Of a stretch of DNA of 64,000 nt, positions 48,942 to 57,760 are shown piece after piece. The stretch comes from Pseudomonadota bacterium (GTDB lineage: Bacteria > Desulfobacterota > Desulfobacteria > Desulfobacterales > JBDRRP01). Both the position numbers and the translations under genes were made by a program. How positions within the stretch are numbered: position 1 is the stretch's first letter; each line of letters opens with the position of its first letter. Location: positions 11,826 through 75,825 of the forward strand of contig JBDRRP010000073.1 of assembly GCA_043825735.1 (NCBI GenBank), read 5' to 3'. Under the pieces are notes generated by a model. That model was not told where the DNA came from, did not search any database, and saw nothing but the letters and a program-made list of their open reading frames with translations.

Positions 48942-49151
48942 TCACCGCGCGATCAGGTCAATCATTCCCTCAATTTGCCTGACCGTGATGAAGTGCTGAA
49001 AACCGTTGAATCCGGACATCTGTCCCAGCTCCCATTTCAGGTGCCGGAGTATGTTCCGGAACACGCACTCGATAGTGACGCCGTGAGTTTCCGCCAGCTT
49101 CTTGATTTTCTGCTGATGCTGCTCTGACAGGGCATGCCAATATTCGTCCAT
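48942..49151 (-). CDS. Hypothetical protein (69 aa)
   Basis: ORF with AGGAG upstream; no motif recognised. Confidence 0.4.
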   Translation of the reverse strand: MDEYWHALSEQHQQKIKKLAETHGVTIECVFRNILRHLKWELGQMSGFNGFQHFITVRQIEGMIDLIAR

Positions 49152-49175
49152 GCTCGATGCTCCTTTCTCAAGATG

Positions 49176-49213
49176 AAAAGCCCCGGCTGCGCTCGAAAAG
49201 CACCACTGGGGCT
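49176..49213 (-). terminator. Intergenic hairpin plus T-run (minus strand)
   Basis: Minus-strand reading AGCCCCAG..loop..CCGGGGCTTTT. Confidence 0.55.
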
Positions 49214-49235
49214 ATGGGTTGGTGAATGCTCTGGA

Positions 49236-49574
49236 TCAGCCGATGTAGGGCATCAGCCTGCGGATCATGGTGAACGGTGCAAGGTCCTCTCTGGGCAAGA
49301 CCTCCTTGACCTGGTCGCCCTGCAGGAACACGTCGCCGACGGCATCGTCCCCGTCGAACACTTCCAATCCGACGTATTCAAGATAGAAGTTGACCGTGAG
49401 CACGTAGGTCAGGCCGTGCTCGTGATAGATGTGAAGTCCGTCATGGTAACCGGCGGCGATCTTGTGGGTGTGGAGACCACGGCTGTCCCTGAAGGTGAGT
49501 TCCAGGCTGGGGTTGAATCGTCCGGCGGCGATCATGTCTTCTGTCGATTCCTTGCTGATGCGGGTTCGTTTCAT
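49236..49574 (-). CDS. Hypothetical protein
   Basis: Start at the ATG giving MKRTRISKEST; no motif recognised. Confidence 0.5.
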   Translation of the reverse strand: MKRTRISKESTEDMIAAGRFNPSLELTFRDSRGLHTHKIAAGYHDGLHIYHEHGLTYVLTVNFYLEYVGLEVFDGDDAVGDVFLQGDQVKEVLPREDLAPFTMIRRLMPYIG

Positions 49575-49656
49575 TCGTCTCAAAGGCTCCTCCTTTAACA
49601 AAGAAGGCCCCCACAGGCCTGGTGACCCATGAGGGCTGTTGCAGATATGGCCGGGA

Positions 49657-50124
49657 TTACCCCAGTGCTTCAGTGAAAAACTTCATCCAGCCGGCCGAAA
49701 AGTCTGGTTCCGGAGTTCCGAACAAGGTGGCCTGGCGCTGCACCCGTTCGACTTTGCCGCCCTCCCAGTGAAGAACGATTTCCTTGCCAAGGCGCTTGGC
49801 ATACTGGACCTCGTATTTCGTCCCGCCGGTGAGACCATCCTCACGGCTGATAAAGGCGTGAACGATGTCGCAGGCCGCGATGAGCTGGCGGTTGCGCTGG
49901 TAATAACGCTTCACCATATCCGGATGGGACTGAATGCCGGCCAGATCCGGCGCGTAGAGACGGATCGCCAGACCCGCCGCTTTGGCCGCTTCTCCGGCCC
50001 AGGTGCATACACCGTGACAAGAACTGGTGACGACAATGGAGCCCCGGGGAAGCGTGTGGATCAGGTCGATCACTGACTGACGGTCCTGGTATTTCCTGGC
50101 GCCGACGATGCCGATGTGAGTCAT
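49657..50124 (-). CDS. SLOG-fold / DUF2493-like protein
   Basis: IGIVGARKY.D...V...I......IVVTS...GV...A...A...G....Y layout resembles DUF2493 (YspA/DprA-like Rossmann) proteins of mobile elements. Confidence 0.6.
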   Translation of the reverse strand: MTHIGIVGARKYQDRQSVIDLIHTLPRGSIVVTSSCHGVCTWAGEAAKAAGLAIRLYAPDLAGIQSHPDMVKRYYQRNRQLIAACDIVHAFISREDGLTGGTKYEVQYAKRLGKEIVLHWEGGKVERVQRQATLFGTPEPDFSAGWMKFFTEALG

Positions 50125-50146
50125 GGGTTCCTCCTTTATAAATAGG

Positions 50147-50189
50147 AAAAGCCCCCGTGATGACGCCGACAGGGCGCACCACGAGGGCT
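50147..50189 (-). terminator. Intergenic hairpin plus T-run (minus strand)
   Basis: AGCCCTCGTG..loop..CACGGGGGCTTTT on the minus strand. Confidence 0.55.
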
Positions 50190-50266
50190 GTAGGTGATGG
50201 TTGTTAATTTGAATTAACGGGGATTCCGTGCAGAGGTGTTAAATCGATTGAACCGTGATTGGCAGG

Positions 50267-51205
50267 CTACGAGCGAACCATACCAAGAAGGTGGCCGCCT
50301 GCTCGCTCCAGTCGGTAGGCGTCCGATGCCGACAGGCTTCGATCCTTCGCTGCGTATGTCATGGCGTTTATAATGCTCCACATTGTAGCCCCAGGCTCCA
50401 AGTAGAATGCTTGCTTGACGATTTCTGCCTGTTCCAGTGGGATCTGGAACTGACGGCAGAAGGTCTCAATGGTCCTTTCAGGATTGTCTACTGGCGTCTG
50501 TGTGCTGATCAGGAATCGGTCCTGGCCGTGGCGGGATTGATGCACCACCCCGCGCAGAACGTCAGGGAACTCATCCAGGACCCGACGGCTGATGTGCTTG
50601 TAGCGAGAGTTGATCGCCGTCTTGGCGATGAGTCCGTTGGTGCAAATGAGGCGGAAATAGAAAGCCTCGATGGACAGGGCCAGGATACCCACCTCGGAAT
50701 TGGCGATGGAAATACCGGGCACGATTTTATCCTTTTCAGACACCAGAAACTGCCGGTCGTACTCGGGCACCTTCATCACCATGATTTCCTGATCCAACGA
50801 GAAATGAACCTCGCCGGCCGGGTCGAATCCGTATTCCAGCATCTTGGTGAGAACCTCCATGTGGTCGATGGCCGTGTAACGTTCGGTGAACACGGCTCGA
50901 AGGGCCTGACCATCGAAACGACAGAACAGAGACTGACGAGTGAGGCTTTCCCGCTCCAGCCAGTAATTGAGATTGGCCTGCTGCAGATCCTCGGGGCACC
51001 GGGCGAGATATGAGAACGGAATTCTCAAACGGTTGGCCAAGAGGCGCTGCGCGCTGGGAAGCACGCCGAACGATTGCCCCGCGATGTCCAATCGCTCCAG
51101 GTCGTGAAAGCGCATATCCTGGACAGGGACAACGTCATCGTAGTGGTTGGCGGAAGCGTTGTGGACGCGGGTGATAGCCGATTCAAGTGTGTGGGTGGTC
51201 TTCAT
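50267..51205 (-). CDS. DUF932-family protein (common in integrative/conjugative elements)
   Basis: LPSAQRLLANRLRIPFSYLARCPEDLQQANLNYWL resembles the DUF932 N-terminal signature. Confidence 0.7.
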   Translation of the reverse strand: MKTTHTLESAITRVHNASANHYDDVVPVQDMRFHDLERLDIAGQSFGVLPSAQRLLANRLRIPFSYLARCPEDLQQANLNYWLERESLTRQSLFCRFDGQALRAVFTERYTAIDHMEVLTKMLEYGFDPAGEVHFSLDQEIMVMKVPEYDRQFLVSEKDKIVPGISIANSEVGILALSIEAFYFRLICTNGLIAKTAINSRYKHISRRVLDEFPDVLRGVVHQSRHGQDRFLISTQTPVDNPERTIETFCRQFQIPLEQAEIVKQAFYLEPGATMWSIINAMTYAAKDRSLSASDAYRLERAGGHLLGMVRS

Positions 51206-51282
51206 GTTACGATTTCCTTTCTATGGTACATTGTGTGGAAACAAAAAACCCTCGCCGGCACGATGCCTGGAGGGCTGATGGG

Positions 51283-51426
51283 ACGAACTGCTATGGTGGT
51301 CAGGTTGTTACAGAGCTACTCAGTACGAACTGCCATACGGGTCAGATTGTAATGGGGACTATCACCTCCTTTCTGGTGTGGATTGCGGTGGATATCGGAC
51401 GAAGTGCCAAGGGGGGCAGATTGTCA
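51283..51426. promoter_or_regulatory. Three 28-bp dyad-symmetric direct repeats (operator/iteron-like)
   Basis: ACGAACTGCTATGGTGGTCAGGTTGTTA (51283-51310), ACGAACTGCCATACGGGTCAGATTGTAA (51325-51352), ACGAAGTGCCAAGGGGGGCAGATTGTCA (51399-51426). Adjacent copies are 22/28 identical by hand; each is an imperfect palindrome ACGAACTGC-N10-GCAGATTGT. Confidence 0.7.
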
Positions 51427-51492
51427 TGGTGGTGGTGATGGGATTGATGGGGCAGGGCTACCAGTTGATCGGGTTAAAGTTGGAGTGAATCG

Positions 51493-51521
51493 TTGACAGG
51501 AATCGGGATTGGGTGGAAACT
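51493..51521 (+). promoter_or_regulatory. TTGACA-N17-GAAACT block upstream of the AT-rich ATPase gene
   Basis: TTGACA 51493-51498 and GAAACT 51516-51521; the same architecture is found at 55431-55459. Confidence 0.35.
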
Positions 51522-51629
51522 GTAAGAGCAGCGATGATAATTTGCGTTCCGCATTGTAATCTCGATGGTAAGGATCGTGATAAAAAGATTCATATCGCCA
51601 GATTCGGTCAAAAACAGGAGATGAGTTAA

Positions 51630-53186
51630 TTGAAAGAATCGAATCTTAGAATCCTTCAAGACTTCTGCGGAGGTCGGGCAGAGTCCGAAATCGGTTTCCT
51701 TACAGAGGCATTTGTTCTTGCCAAGGATTACCAAGATGCTCTGCATGCACCTTTCCACTCACCGGTGATACTACTAGGCCGGAAGGGCACAGGTAAGAGC
51801 GCATTACTCAAATATATCGACTTGCGGGCATCTGACTCAGGTGTTCGTGCCCTATATTTGAAGCCGGATGATATCCCTCTTTTAGACAGTGTCGCTCAAG
51901 CGACTGACACTGCGACCATTAAACGGAAAGCTTACGAGGCATTGGTTACTGCTCTTTCAGTGAAGGTGGGCACCGACTTGAGGGGGGTACTAAACAGAAA
52001 GGACAAGAAACTTTTTGACAAAGCGATACGCGACGGGGCACGTACTCATGACGCGGTCCAAGCCTGTCTTCAAACCCTTGCCTCCGTCGGCTCAGTAGTC
52101 AAGAATATTGATTTCACAAAGCTAGTCCCGGATACTAACGATGCATCTACTAATACTTTAAGAGGATCTTTGCAGGCCAATTTTGCCCGTAATGAACGAG
52201 CTTTTTTTCTACTTCTTGACGACGTTGATCAAGTCGCATCTCTCGTAAATCATGACCAAGTGAACCGAATTTGGGGACTAATTCTGGCGGCTCAACGGTT
52301 GACCGAAGAATTACCAAACTTCAAGACAGTAATATCTCTTCGAACAGAAGTCTGGACGGTTCTCTCAAACGATCAACACGGCCAACGTGACCAAGTGGAT
52401 CATATACGGCCATTGATTCGTCTACTTGATCCAGGAGAATCACAAATAAAGGCAATACTGGAACGACGACTTGAAGTAGCAAGGAACCATTTGCAATTAG
52501 GGGGCAATGAACCCAATGAATTGATATTTTTTGAAGACCCTTCTGTACTGCTTCCGACGTCCGAGGGCAGTAAGCGTTCTTGGCCGGATTTCATAGCCAA
52601 AAGTTCTCGTGGAAGACCTCGTGATGCGCTCCAGCTTCTCGGTATACTCGCCGAGGAATCCCGCAACTCTGGTTTTTTAAAGATAACCCAATCAGTAGTT
52701 AACCGAGCCGCTGCAAAGTACTCATCTCAACGCATAGATGACCTAACGCTAGAGTATGCTATTGATTGCCCTGTTGTGCGTGAGATCTGTAACACCTTCA
52801 GCTCGTTGGAATTCACTATCGGGACAGAGGCACTTAAAGACCATCTTGTTTCCCTTCCTTCAAGATTCAGCATAAGGATTAGAGGGACTCAAATTCGTCC
52901 GGATTCCCTTGAAGACGTTTTTACTCTCTGGGGGTTTGTCCATGAAATGGGGATCTGCAACCCAAGAGTCCCAGACAACAGGCAAGAACGTGAATTTCGG
53001 CACATAAACCATAGTGACGATCCTCACTTCGTAAGCCAAGCCAATTGGAATGAAATGCAGAAGGTAGTATGGGAGATTCACCCTGCCTACCGTTCATACT
53101 TGATCGACAAGAGAAAGGAGGATGAAGCAAGAACCGGCATTTCACTTCGCAAGTTTTTCAGGAAAGATAGGAAAGCCTCTAATTGA
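51630..53186 (+). CDS. Orphan AAA+ ATPase, ORC/Cdc6-like
   Basis: Walker A LLGRKGTGKSAL, Walker B FFLLLDDVDQV, sensor-like ISLRTEVW, Cdc6-type sensor-2 SRGRPRDALQLL; about 200-aa unknown C-terminal domain; TTG start per the ORF track; AT-rich. Confidence 0.7.
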   Translation: MKESNLRILQDFCGGRAESEIGFLTEAFVLAKDYQDALHAPFHSPVILLGRKGTGKSALLKYIDLRASDSGVRALYLKPDDIPLLDSVAQATDTATIKRKAYEALVTALSVKVGTDLRGVLNRKDKKLFDKAIRDGARTHDAVQACLQTLASVGSVVKNIDFTKLVPDTNDASTNTLRGSLQANFARNERAFFLLLDDVDQVASLVNHDQVNRIWGLILAAQRLTEELPNFKTVISLRTEVWTVLSNDQHGQRDQVDHIRPLIRLLDPGESQIKAILERRLEVARNHLQLGGNEPNELIFFEDPSVLLPTSEGSKRSWPDFIAKSSRGRPRDALQLLGILAEESRNSGFLKITQSVVNRAAAKYSSQRIDDLTLEYAIDCPVVREICNTFSSLEFTIGTEALKDHLVSLPSRFSIRIRGTQIRPDSLEDVFTLWGFVHEMGICNPRVPDNRQEREFRHINHSDDPHFVSQANWNEMQKVVWEIHPAYRSYLIDKRKEDEARTGISLRKFFRKDRKASN

Positions 53187-53346
53187 GTGGACGAATCCCT
53201 AAGCAACGCACCGGAACTGCTTCGCTGATTAATATTTTTCAGAAGTAAAAAATTGTAACTTTCAAGCAATGCCATATTTTTTTACTGTGACTGCCTTTCA
53301 ATAATCGCTGTGAACAAAATAGTTGAAAAGAGTTTCCCCCGATATA

Positions 53347-53436
53347 ATCGTCATGAGCGTCATTCCATCCCCATCCATCTGAAAATATGCATATTTCCTG
53401 ATGGCGCTCTCCCTGCCGACCCCGTGACGTACCGCC
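53347..53436. repeat. 90-nt hairpin-containing element, copy A
   Basis: Starts ATCGTCATGAGCGTCATTCC, identical over 20 nt to copy B at 57621; about 63/90 identities ungapped by hand. Confidence 0.7.
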
Positions 53437-53437
53437 T

Positions 53438-55281
53438 TCACGAATACCCCTCCATCTCCTCTACCGCCTCACCAATAAACGACGACTTCACCGCCGGCCG
53501 GCCCAAATACAACGCCGGCCACGACAGGTAGAGCAGCTTCATAGCCCGGCTCATGGCCACGAAAGCAATCCGCCGTTCTTCCTCCAGGTCCCCATTGACG
53601 TTGGGTATGATCCCTTCCACCATGCCGATGACAAAGACCGCCGCGAACTCCAGCCCCTTGGCCTTGTGAATGGTCGATAGCGTAACCCCGTCCTCGTCGG
53701 CTCCGCTATTGCTTCGAACCGAATCCGCATACTCCAGAAAATCGCCGGCCTGTCATAGCGGCCGGCGGCCATCTGCAGTTGATCCAGACTTTCCAGAGGT
53801 CCATCCACAGGCTCTGCCATTTCGTCGGCGATCCGTTTATCAAAATCCAGCACGAACCGGATGCGCTCCAGGAGTCCCGCCGGCTCCAACCAGTCCATTT
53901 CCCGCGCCAGATCGTCTATCAGTTCTGTGAAGGCCCGAATCCCGTGCTCCAGGTGCCGGGCGCCCAAAGGCATAACCTTCAGGGCCGGGTAAAGGTGAAG
54001 GTCATGGGCTTCCGCCCACTCTTCCAATTCCTCGAAGAAGGCATGACCGATATATCGGCTGGGCACATTAATGACCGCCTTCAGTGCTTCGTCCCCATCG
54101 AAGGTGTCGGGGTCATGGATCAGTTGCAGGTAATGAAGCAGGACGCTGACTTCATAGCGGTGATAAAAGCTTGCCTCGCTTTCGATGCGGTATGGAATCT
54201 TGTTTCTTGCGAAAGCCTCTTCGATGGCACGGGATTGACTGTTGGCGCGGTAAAGGACGGCGATGTCCCGATAGGCATATCCCCGCCGGCCAACCAGGTC
54301 GCGGATTTCGGTGACGATCTGCTCGGCTTCGTTTTCCTCGGACATGGCCTTGAGTACGATGACGTTCTCCCCGGGCGGGTTCATCGTGTTCAGTTGTTTA
54401 TCGATTTTCCGCTCGTTGTGGCTTATGAGGCTTTGACAGGCGGACAGGATCTGCGGCGTAGAGCGGTAGTTGGTATCAAGGATGAACCGGGCGCTCCCTG
54501 GGTAATGCTTGGCGAAGTGAAGCACGTTTCCCACATCGGCTCCCGTGAAGCTGAAGATGCTCTGCCAGTCGTCACCGCATACCCACAGGCTGGAGTTTTC
54601 ATCCCCGCCGGCCAGTTGCTTCAGGATGGCCACCTGGGCGGGGTTGGTGTCCTGGTATTCATCGACAAGGATGTGAGGATAGGCGCGCCGGCAAGTGTCC
54701 CGCCAGTCATCATGCTCGGTCAACATTCTGTGGGCCTCCATCAACAGATCGTGGAAATCCAGCAGCAGGCGTTTTCGCTTTTCCTCCTCGTAGGCTTCAT
54801 AGATTTTCGCGGCCGGCGCCAGTGAAACAGCATCTTTGTGCAAGTCCCGATACGGCTCCCAATCCACCAGCCGACTCTTGGCCAATCCAATTTCCCTCAA
54901 AGCGAACGCGGCAGTAACAGACTCCACCCGAAGTTTCCGGATGACCTTTTTCAGGAAATACACCTGACGACGACCATGCAGCAGCCCAAAGGTCCTCCCT
55001 TCCTCCTTCAAGAGGCGGTGACAAAACGAGTGAATGGTGGACAGTGTAACTCGGGAGGCCTGATCCATCAGCACCGGCCGGAGCTTTTCCCTCATGGCCC
55101 CGGCCGCATTTCTGGTGAAGGTGAGGCCCAGTATCCGGTCAGGTGGTATGCCTTGGCTGACCAGGTTACCGATACGGGCGGCCATAGTGAGGGTCTTTCC
55201 TGACCCAGGGATGGCGATGACAGACGCGGTGCCGAACATGAAGGCGGCGGCGGCTTTTTGTTGATCGTTTAGCTTGTACAT
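53438..55281 (-). pseudogene. UvrD/Rep-family helicase interrupted by a frameshift
   Basis: N-terminus AIPGSGKTLT, Walker B VDEYQDTN. The long ORF leaves the helicase frame near 53740-53755, and the true C-terminus ([28 protein letters not shown]) continues in another frame to the stop at 53438. Confidence 0.75.
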
Positions 55282-55324
55282 GGGTTGAGGGCTCCTTTCT
55301 GGAGTTGGAAATGGGAAAAGAAAA

Positions 55325-55351
55325 GGCGACCTGCATGGGGGACAGATCGCC
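55325..55351. promoter_or_regulatory. Fourth dyad related to the 51.3-kb operators, upstream of the helicase gene
   Basis: GGCGACCTGCATGGGGGACAGATCGCC; half-sites CGAcCTGC / CAGATCG resemble the 28-bp repeat consensus. Confidence 0.45.
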
Positions 55352-55430
55352 TGTTGGGTGGTTTGTTGATGGCTGGAACTGGGAATATTGGGAGTGAGGC
55401 CGGGGATTGCGTGGCGGCTATACTCAATTA

Positions 55431-55459
55431 TTGACAGGGGGCGTGATTAGGAGGAAACT
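55431..55459 (+). promoter_or_regulatory. TTGACA-N17-GAAACT block upstream of the deaminase insert
   Basis: TTGACA 55431-55436 and GAAACT 55454-55459; nearby GGAGTGA and GGGATTGCGTGG also occur in the 51.48-kb block. Confidence 0.35.
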
Positions 55460-55615
55460 TCAGGACGAGGATTAGCATTGCGTCGGTATCATGTAAACTT
55501 CTGAAAATATTACTATTGATGGTCTGACAAAAATTTCTACATCCCAACAAACGCCATTGCATTGATTTTTAGTTAAAATCACTTGAGCGCAGCCTGCGAT
55601 GCCTGATTTCTCGAC

Positions 55616-55644
55616 TTGACATGATTTTCAAAACCACCGATAGT
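55616..55644 (+). promoter_or_regulatory. Putative sigma70 promoter of the deaminase gene
   Basis: TTGACA (55616-55621), 17-nt spacer, GATAGT (55639-55644). Confidence 0.3.
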
Positions 55645-55766
55645 AGGGTAATCCGCAATATCTACTATATCTTGTAGCAACTGAGAGGCACACATTTTGT
55701 GGGCGGGCTAAATGGTACGCCGCCATTATTCAAATCATCTCCCCTTATGCGATATGGAGACGGATT

Positions 55767-57329
55767 ATGAACAATGGGAAAAATGAAGCCTATAATTTAG
55801 TCCTTGCCGTTTCTGGCCCTTATGGCGCTGGGGCAAGCTCCTTAACAGATGAACTATATAAAATCCTTACGGATTGGCATGGTTGTTATGTTGAGAAAAT
55901 CCGAGTTTCAGAATTAATCAAAAGATATTTTCCTATTATTGAAAAAACCGATCTCGATAAAATACCTGACGATGACACATCAAAAAGAAGAGAAATATTA
56001 CAAAATGCAGGGACTACCTTAAGGCAAAGAGATCCATTTATTACCGCAAAAGCTATTATTTCTGAGATGTCACAAAAAACTCAAAAACTTGAAGCTGAAG
56101 GAGCCTTGGGGGAAATTGGCACTACGGTATTTTTGGTAGACTGTCTTAAAAATAGAAATGAGGTTAAACTATTACGAAAAGTATATGGCGATGAATTCTA
56201 TTTGGTCTATATTCACGCTTCACGCGAATCTCGATGGCGGAGAGAGGTTGATTACAAAGGATGGAAAGAGGAAGAAAGAGTACATTTTGAAGAAAGAGAC
56301 CAAGTTGACCACTATGAGAATAAACTACATAAAATTCATGGCAATATAGGCCAAGAAGTAGGAAAGCTTTCTGCAATTGCGGATTATTATATCGTAAACA
56401 ACCAAAATAGAGAGAATTTGAAAACCGAGGCAAACAGATTGTTGGAAACTCTTTTTGGTGATGGTAAAAACCAGCCTACTATCCAAGAGAGATCAATGCA
56501 TATTGCCTATTCAGCATCAAATAGATCTTATTGTTTAAGCAGGCAAGTTGGAGCCGCTATAGTCGATGATAATGGCAACATTTTAGGGGTTGGGCACAAT
56601 GATGTCCCAAAAGCTAATGGGGGCTTATACACCCAAGAAGACGGTCAAAATGATAAACGTTGTCATTTAGTGGGTGATAGAAGATGTATTAATGATACTA
56701 ACAAACAAGAAAGATTTAAAGACCTTGAGGATGAAATCATTTTACGAGCAAAAATAGTAGAAGAAAAAAGATCACATATATCCGAGGCGATCAGCAGCTC
56801 AAAGTTTAGCGAATTAACAGAATTTTGCAGAGCTGTTCATGCTGAAATGGAGGCTCTTTTAAGCGTTGCGAGGTTGGGTCGCGGCTCTACAGTTGGAGCA
56901 ACAATGTATGTCACAACACAACCTTGCCACAATTGTATAAAACACGTTATATGCGCCGGCATCCATAAGATCGCTTACTTGGAGCCTTATCCTAAAAGTT
57001 TAGGAATGGAGTTGCATTCAGATGCAATTGATTGGGACCCATCTGACGATAGATGTTTAGGAGAGAAAATGTTGGTTGTACCATATACTGGTGTTGCACC
57101 ACATAGGTACCATGATTTTTTTAAAATCATTGATGAGCGTAAAGACAAAAAAGGCTTTTACAAAAGATCAACAAAGTCAGAACAATCAAATAATCCTCGT
57201 TTTGCGCGTAATATTTCACCCAGAACAAGAAAAAAATTAGATGAAAATATGCCAAACCCAATTACAGCACAAGAACTGGCATATTATGGAGAATTCACAA
57301 ATTGTTTACCTCAGGACGGCCTAAGCTAA
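55767..57329 (+). CDS. Nucleotide-kinase-like P-loop domain fused to CMP/dCMP-type zinc deaminase (dCTP-deaminase type anti-phage protein)
   Basis: N-terminal P-loop VSGPYGAGASS; C-terminal deaminase motifs CRAVHAEMEAL and TQPCHNCIKHV; strongly AT-rich. Confidence 0.85.
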   Translation: MNNGKNEAYNLVLAVSGPYGAGASSLTDELYKILTDWHGCYVEKIRVSELIKRYFPIIEKTDLDKIPDDDTSKRREILQNAGTTLRQRDPFITAKAIISEMSQKTQKLEAEGALGEIGTTVFLVDCLKNRNEVKLLRKVYGDEFYLVYIHASRESRWRREVDYKGWKEEERVHFEERDQVDHYENKLHKIHGNIGQEVGKLSAIADYYIVNNQNRENLKTEANRLLETLFGDGKNQPTIQERSMHIAYSASNRSYCLSRQVGAAIVDDNGNILGVGHNDVPKANGGLYTQEDGQNDKRCHLVGDRRCINDTNKQERFKDLEDEIILRAKIVEEKRSHISEAISSSKFSELTEFCRAVHAEMEALLSVARLGRGSTVGATMYVTTQPCHNCIKHVICAGIHKIAYLEPYPKSLGMELHSDAIDWDPSDDRCLGEKMLVVPYTGVAPHRYHDFFKIIDERKDKKGFYKRSTKSEQSNNPRFARNISPRTRKKLDENMPNPITAQELAYYGEFTNCLPQDGLS

Positions 57330-57356
57330 AACCAGTTTAAGATGAAAGGGGGAGAA

Positions 57357-57518
57357 ATGGAAGACCAGCGAAACAGTAATAAAGAGTATGAAGAACTTAA
57401 ACGGATCGGCCAAGAGGCAAATGAGACGGTTCGTAACTTCTCAATCCAATTAATGTCTAAGGCGGAGAGAAACTTCGATAAAATTGAATCTTTAAAAGAA
57501 AGAGTTAACCAGCGATAG
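57357..57518 (+). CDS. Possible 53-aa coiled-coil ORF downstream of the deaminase gene
   Basis: ATG 57357 is preceded by AAAGGGGGAG; MEDQRNSNKEYEELKRIGQEANETVRNF..; below the ORF-track cutoff, found by reading. Confidence 0.3.
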   Translation: MEDQRNSNKEYEELKRIGQEANETVRNFSIQLMSKAERNFDKIESLKERVNQR

Positions 57519-57620
57519 TATTATGGGTATTGATTTTGGCCAGATTTTCTAATTGCGATTGCCAATTATATTATACAATTAATAGAGCTTAGAGTATAAA
57601 AGGAAAGGTTTGCTAATTCT

Positions 57621-57710
57621 ATCGTCATGAGCGTCATTCCTTTTCCATGTCCCTGAAAGAACATACCTTTTCCAATGACGCTCTACCTGACAATGCCATG
57701 ACGACCAGCC
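57621..57710. repeat. 90-nt hairpin-containing element, copy B
   Basis: GAGCGTCATT (57629-57638) pairs perfectly with AATGACGCTC (57674-57683); homologous to copy A. Confidence 0.7.
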
Positions 57711-57760
57711 CATGAGGGTAAGCCCCGGCAGCATCGCACCACCGGGGCTTCCTGTACCGC

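Noticed and set aside
51283-51426. Possible miniature CRISPR array
   Set aside because: Only three degenerate copies with unequal spacing (42 and 74 bp between starts), internal dyad symmetry typical of operators, and no cas genes in the window.
53779-54825. 348-aa plus-strand ORF inside the helicase gene
   Set aside because: Antisense shadow of the UvrD-like gene, which has clear helicase motifs on the minus strand.
51630-55281. Gabija-like pair (ATPase plus UvrD-like helicase)
   Set aside because: The two genes are convergent rather than co-transcribed and differ in composition. The ATPase shows no OLD/TOPRIM nuclease region, and the helicase is frameshifted.
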